Shown: one piece after another, positions 57,508 through 64,000 of the stretch
Layout of the letters: each line of letters opens with the position of its first letter
Numbering within the stretch: position 1 is the first letter of the stretch
Assembly: GCF_009914755.1 (NCBI RefSeq)
Contig: NC_060946.1
DNA from: the human T2T-CHM13v2.0 reference genome, Homo sapiens
Strand: one strand, 5' to 3'
Length of the DNA stretch: 64,000 nt
Program-made: the position numbers and the translations under genes
The notes under the pieces: model-generated
The model's input: only the letters and a program-made list of their open reading frames with translations
What the model was told of the DNA's origin: nothing
Database searches by the model: none

Positions 57508-57623
57508 CCTCCTGGGGCCAGGCTCCTCGCGGTTCTGCACGCCCTCTTCCTGGGGCCAGGCTCCTCGCAGTTCTGCACGCCCTCGTCCTGGGGCCAGGCT
57601 CCTCGTGGTTCTGCATGCCCTCG
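57508..57623. repeat. 3 x 38-bp GC-rich minisatellite
   Basis: tcctggggccaggctcctcgcggttctgcacgccctc units at 57510, 57548, 57586. Confidence 0.93.
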
Positions 57624-58543
57624 TGGCTCCCCGCACAGCCTCCCTGCTGGGGAGCTTTCAGGATTCCTCCAGAAGCAACTCAGAATATACAGGCAGTGCC
57701 CCAAACAGTACATAGCACATCTCTTTAATGAACTGTGCCCGCTGGGGCCTGGGGCCAGGGCCGGCATTCCCATCCTCCTTTGATGATCTCCATTACCAAA
57801 CAATTTTGGCGGACAGCCTGACAAGCGGAGCGTGAGACAGACTCATGGTAATTATGGATCTTTCTGTCGGATTCTGGACAAGGGCTGTCAGTTAACCGCT
57901 CAGGCTCTGCAATGGAGCCCTGAACAAAAGAATCAGGTGTGAACGGGAGCCTCACTCTGCGAGGACACACAGCCCAGTAGGGCAGAAAGTTATTCTTGAG
58001 TATTTACCAGGCTGGCAAGGAGCAGTATTTACCCTGCTCTTTGTAAGCCACACTGACCTAGTCTGCAGCAGTTTTAAAGTTTTTAACTCAAAGTAAAAAC
58101 AAAACTACTCACCAAAAAGCAAACTCACAAAAATAAACGAATGAGACTAGTCTTGGGGACTGAAAATTGTTTCAAAATCTCTAAGTGTACAGCTGTTCTT
58201 GAGATTAATGTTTTCAGCTGACAGTCATCATGCTTGGCTTTTTTGTGGGGGGCAGTGACAGATAGGGTTCTTCTGTGGTCTCCTGAGGAGGGCCGCAGGG
58301 ATTTGCATTCCGGCACAGGTATGCTCTGCGCTTTGCTTTTGTTTTGAAGAAAGGCATAATCTCGTGTCCATTTTAGGATGTTTGAACATTTCAAACTATT
58401 TTATAAGGATTGATGTTTTGTGATTTTTATCCTGTTCTTCAAAGAACAAGGAGAAAATCTTACTTTTAAAAAATAGAAGAAAATGCATTCTAGCCTGCAG
58501 TTACCACATGGACCCACCGCATCTGTGGGGAATCCAGGATATA

Positions 58544-60134
<1,591 letters not shown>

Positions 60135-60396
60135 AGTTATTTCTCACTATGGTAGAAATGGACTAAAATAATAGAATGGGAGAATAAGAGATGGCATCAA
60201 GAATCATGTGATAGTGGAATAAACCATATCTTTTATATGATCCTTGAATTTTCTTACTATGTTACCCATATGATTGCATTATCTTCCAAAAAGGTGTGAA
60301 AACAATCTGGAGACACCATTTTTGAAGTCTGTTTTTCTTTTAGCTTTCATTAAGCACAGAGAATTTAGAATTTTTTATTTTTCACTTGTAATAGCA

Positions 60397-61230
60397 ATGA
60401 GAGGAAAATTGGCAGAGGAAGACATTTCACCATTATTAAATGAATCAGAAGATGAATGCAGACAGATTGAGAGCAGCTCTCTAGATGCTAATGATGATGG
60501 TGAAATTGATCATATCAGCGAATTCGCAGACTGTGCACCTTCAGTGGAAGATAGCTTAGATGAATTTTCTTAAAATCAAGCATCAACGAGTGAATAGTAT
60601 TCTAAGGATATGAAGGGAATATGGTTTCTCATCCAATTAGTCATTCAAAAGGATGGGCTTTATCACACAATATTTTATGACAAGAATGTGGACCATCCCC
60701 TTTTGTTAAACAGATAAGTGACAGTATTCTTTCATCTTTTAAGACGTTTATGGACCAAATTTGGTACACTTAGTAAATGGATAATTGCTAAAAGCAATCA
60801 AGAGATAATTGGAAGGAAATAGAGGCAGAGATGAAAATACCCATTGGCTTGGTCATTGTAATTGATGTTCATAAATCTAAAAAGGAAAATCTTCTCCCAT
60901 TTTGGAGCATAGAAGATGACTGTCTTCGACAAAATTGTAAGCCATCAAAATTATCAAAGAGACTATGTTTTGACAATGAAAATATGGGAGAAATGACTAG
61001 AAGTAACGAGGAGCTAAAACCGATTAGAGATGCATTTGACATTTAGAATCACCGTTGCGTTTCAACAACATCAGTGCAAGAAGAACCCAAAGCAGTGACA
61101 AGAGGGGACCTATGAGAGAGGAATTGGAAAGCTGGCATCACTGCTTACAGATGTGACCCAGGCTCAGTCATGACAGTTGATGAGCAGTCGTTTGCATTCA
61201 AGGGATATTGCCCATTTTAGATCCACTATA
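60397..61230 (+). mobile_element. Fossil piggyBac transposase (Looper-like) with stops and frameshifts; element 5' end lies further upstream, boundary uncertain
   Basis: Translated fragments in piggyBac order: acidic N-terminus MRGKLAEEDISPLLNESEDE...EIDHISE, HNIL*QECGPS, SKWIIA, WKEIEAEMKIPIGLVIVI, LCFDN...PIRDAF, PGSVMTVDEQSFAFKGYCPF. Confidence 0.85.
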
Positions 61231-61587
61231 CAGGCATACTTTGGAAATATTCCAGATTTGGTTCCAGACAACTGCAAGAAAGGGAGTACTGCGAGAAAGT
61301 CACACAAATTTTTTGGTTTCCCAGTCCATATAAAAGTTATGTTTTGTACTATACTGTCATCTATTAAGTGTGCAATATATGTTTCAAACAGCAGCATACA
61401 TACCATAATTTAAAATGCTTCCTTGCTAAAAAATGCTGACACAAAGACACAAAGCATGTACATGCTGTTGGGAAAATGGCACTGATGGACTTGCTCGACG
61501 GAGGGTCACTACAGACCTTCAGTTTGTAAAAAATGCAGGATCTGTGAAGCACAATAGAGCAAAGCACAATACAACAACGTGCATGAG
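61231..61587. mobile_element. Internally deleted Tigger1 (both ends, ~357 bp) flanked by TA
   Basis: caggcatac...ggttccagac...ttttttggtttcccagt and catgctgttgggaaaatggcactgatggacttgctcgac...aagcacaata; TA at 61229-61230 and 61588-61589. Confidence 0.85.
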
Positions 61588-62211
61588 TATATATATATAC
61601 ACACAGTCCACCCTTGAACAGCATGGAGGTTGGGGCACCAGCACACATATATATGTATATACACAGTCCACCCTTGAACAGCATGGGGACTGGGGCACTA
61701 GAATATATATATATATATGTATGTATGTATATATATACACACACACAGTCTACCCTTGAACAGCATGGGGACTGGGGCACTAGAATATATATATATGTAT
61801 GTGTATGTATACACACACACACACATGCACACACACAGTCCACCCTTGAACAGCATGGAGGCTAGGGCACTAGCACACATATATATGTATATACACAGTC
61901 CACCCTTGAACAGCATGGGGACCGGGGCACTAGAATATATATATATATGTGTGTATGTATATACACACACACACAGTCCACCCTTGAACAGCATGGAGGC
62001 TGGGGCACTAGCACACATGTATATGTATATACACAGTCCACCCTTGAACAGCATGGGGACTGAGGCACTAGAATATATATATATATGTATGTATGTATAT
62101 ATACACACATACACAGTCCACCCTTGAACAGCATGGAGGCTGGGGCACTAGCACACATATATATGTATATACATAGTCCACCCTTGAACAGCATGGGGAC
62201 TGGGGCACTAG

Positions 62212-62249
<38 letters not shown>

Positions 62250-62305
62250 CCACCCTTGAACAGCATGGGGACTGGGACACTAGAATATATATATATGTAT
62301 ATATG

Positions 62306-62357
<52 letters not shown>

Positions 62358-63346
62358 CCACCCTTGAACAGCATGGAAGCTGGGGCACTAGCACACATAT
62401 ATATGTATATACACAGTCTACCCTTGAACAGCATGGGGACTGGGGCACTACAATATATATATATATAGAATATATATACAGAATATATATACAGAATATA
62501 TATACAGAATATATATACAGAATATATATACGGAATATATATACACAGAATATATATACGGAATATATATACACGGAATATATATACACGGAATATATAT
62601 ACGGAATATATATACACGGAATATATATACGGAATATATATACAGGGAATATATATACGGAATATATATACAGGGAATATATATACGGAATATATATACA
62701 GGGAATATATATACGGAATATATATACAGGGAATATATATACGGAATATATATACGCGGAATATATATACGGAATATATATACGCGGAATATATATACGG
62801 AATATATATACGCGGATTATATATACGGAATATATATACGGAATATATATATGCGGAATGTATATACGGAATATATATATGCGGAATGTATATACGGAAT
62901 ATATATATGCGGAATATATATATACGGAATATGTATACGGAATATATATAGAATATATAGAATATATATAGAATATATATAGAATATATAGAATAATAGA
63001 ATATATGTATAGAATATGTATAGAATATATGTATAGAATATGTATAGAATATATGTGTATAGAATATGTATAGAATATATGTATATAGAATATATGTATA
63101 TGTATATGTATGTATGTATACACACACACACACACACACACACACAGTCCACCCTTGAACAGCATGGGGCCTGGGGCACCAGCATACATATATATATATA
63201 TATATTATATATATATATATACACACAGTCCACCCTTGAACAGCACGGAGCCTGGGGCACTAGCATACGTATATAAATACACAGTCCACCCTTGAATAGC
63301 ATGGGGGCTGGGGGCACCAGCATACATATATATACACACAGTCCAC
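61588..63346. repeat. Compound VNTR: 15 copies + 1 partial of CAGTCCACCCTTGAACAGCATGG(A/G)G..TGGGGCAC separated by TA/CA microsatellite, with an embedded ~670-bp (GGAATATATATAC)-type block at ~62451-63120
   Basis: Cores at ~61604, 61664, 61746, 61836, 61896, 61974, 62034, 62114, 62174, 62246, 62354, 62414, 63145, 63226, 63282; partial at 63339. Confidence 0.97.
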
Positions 63347-64000
63347 AGTCTTACAGGACTAGGCAGGCTGCCCGGCATGTGGTTCGTATTAGGTATCAGT
63401 GATGGAGCCAGCTTTGGTTTTTTTTGTTTTAACTTTGTATTGAGGTGCTTTTTCATTCTGAGCAGTAAATAGGAAAAAATCCTGTTCTGTATTTGGGTGA
63501 AAAGCTTAGCTTTATAAAGCTATCTTAATGACTTCACAAGGCCCCAAGCTTCACCACTCCTGTTGGTTTCTTTGGGGAAGTTTCAGTGACTTCCGTGGGT
63601 AATTAGACATGGCTACTCTGGTCACAGCGTTTCAGCTGCTTAGCTATGCCGCTAACGTCACGTGTCGAAGTTTTTACTTCAGTAATAAGAATTGTATAGT
63701 ATTCAAGAAGGATTCAAACCGCATTAATATTAAAGAGCTTTTCGGATCCAGAAAGTGCCTGCGAATCCCTTCTGAGTGTAATTTATACAGCACATGTCAA
63801 TTAGGAAGAGGGCTGATGTGCGCTCGGCCACCAGTCCACGGAGGCCCCTCCAAGCCGGCTTCAGGAAGTGCCTCTTCCTGTAGCAGTCACGTCGCCAGGC
63901 CTCCCCGAGGGATCCTTGCTGAGAAATCAGGCTTTCTATTACTTTGCTGTTCTAAATAGACCTGTGTCCCAAATAGAAAGGAAAAATCAATTTAATTACT

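Noticed and set aside
60274-61046. Domesticated PGBD-like gene
   Set aside because: Multiple stops and frameshifts, and truncation by Tigger1; this is a fossil, not an intact gene
61698-63323. Long ORFs (454, 373, 222 aa) rich in Y/I/C/V
   Set aside because: Artefacts of stop-poor tandem repeat sequence
61588-63346. CRISPR-like array (conserved ~35-bp repeats with variable spacers)
   Set aside because: Spacers are TA/CA microsatellites rather than unique sequences, there are no cas genes, and the context is a primate intron

Overview
Primate (almost certainly human) genomic DNA, not prokaryotic. The window lies inside the Rab-GAP gene TBC1D22A on the + strand. Three canonical GT-AG coding exons (12508-12636, 16026-16088, 33323-33437) splice in frame and encode the TBC-domain catalytic IxxDxxR (arginine finger) and YxQ (glutamine finger) motifs. 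A probable alternative terminal exon follows (34583-34683), and an antisense 177-codon ORF lies at 36594-37127. The rest is intron containing about 16 Alus, old L1/L2/MIR fragments, ERV solo LTRs, DNA-transposon fossils and several VNTRs. The most unusual region is 58.5-63.35 kb, a nested stack of DNA transposons. It holds a Tigger3b, then a fossil piggyBac (Looper-like) transposase with an internal duplication, interrupted at a TA by an internally deleted Tigger1. A 1.75-kb compound VNTR follows, whose unit appears to be a Tigger2 terminal inverted repeat plus microsatellite and which contains a secondary ~670-bp AT-rich expansion. Other notable items: a ~190-bp dispersed duplication linking the alternative terminal exon to the antisense locus, inverted Alu pairs around the catalytic exons (a possible stop-free 192-nt circRNA), and a UG-tract-associated cryptic exon candidate. 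Repeat family names come from recognition of consensus sequences from memory and need RepeatMasker/Dfam confirmation. Almost all ORFs in the supplied track are spurious.
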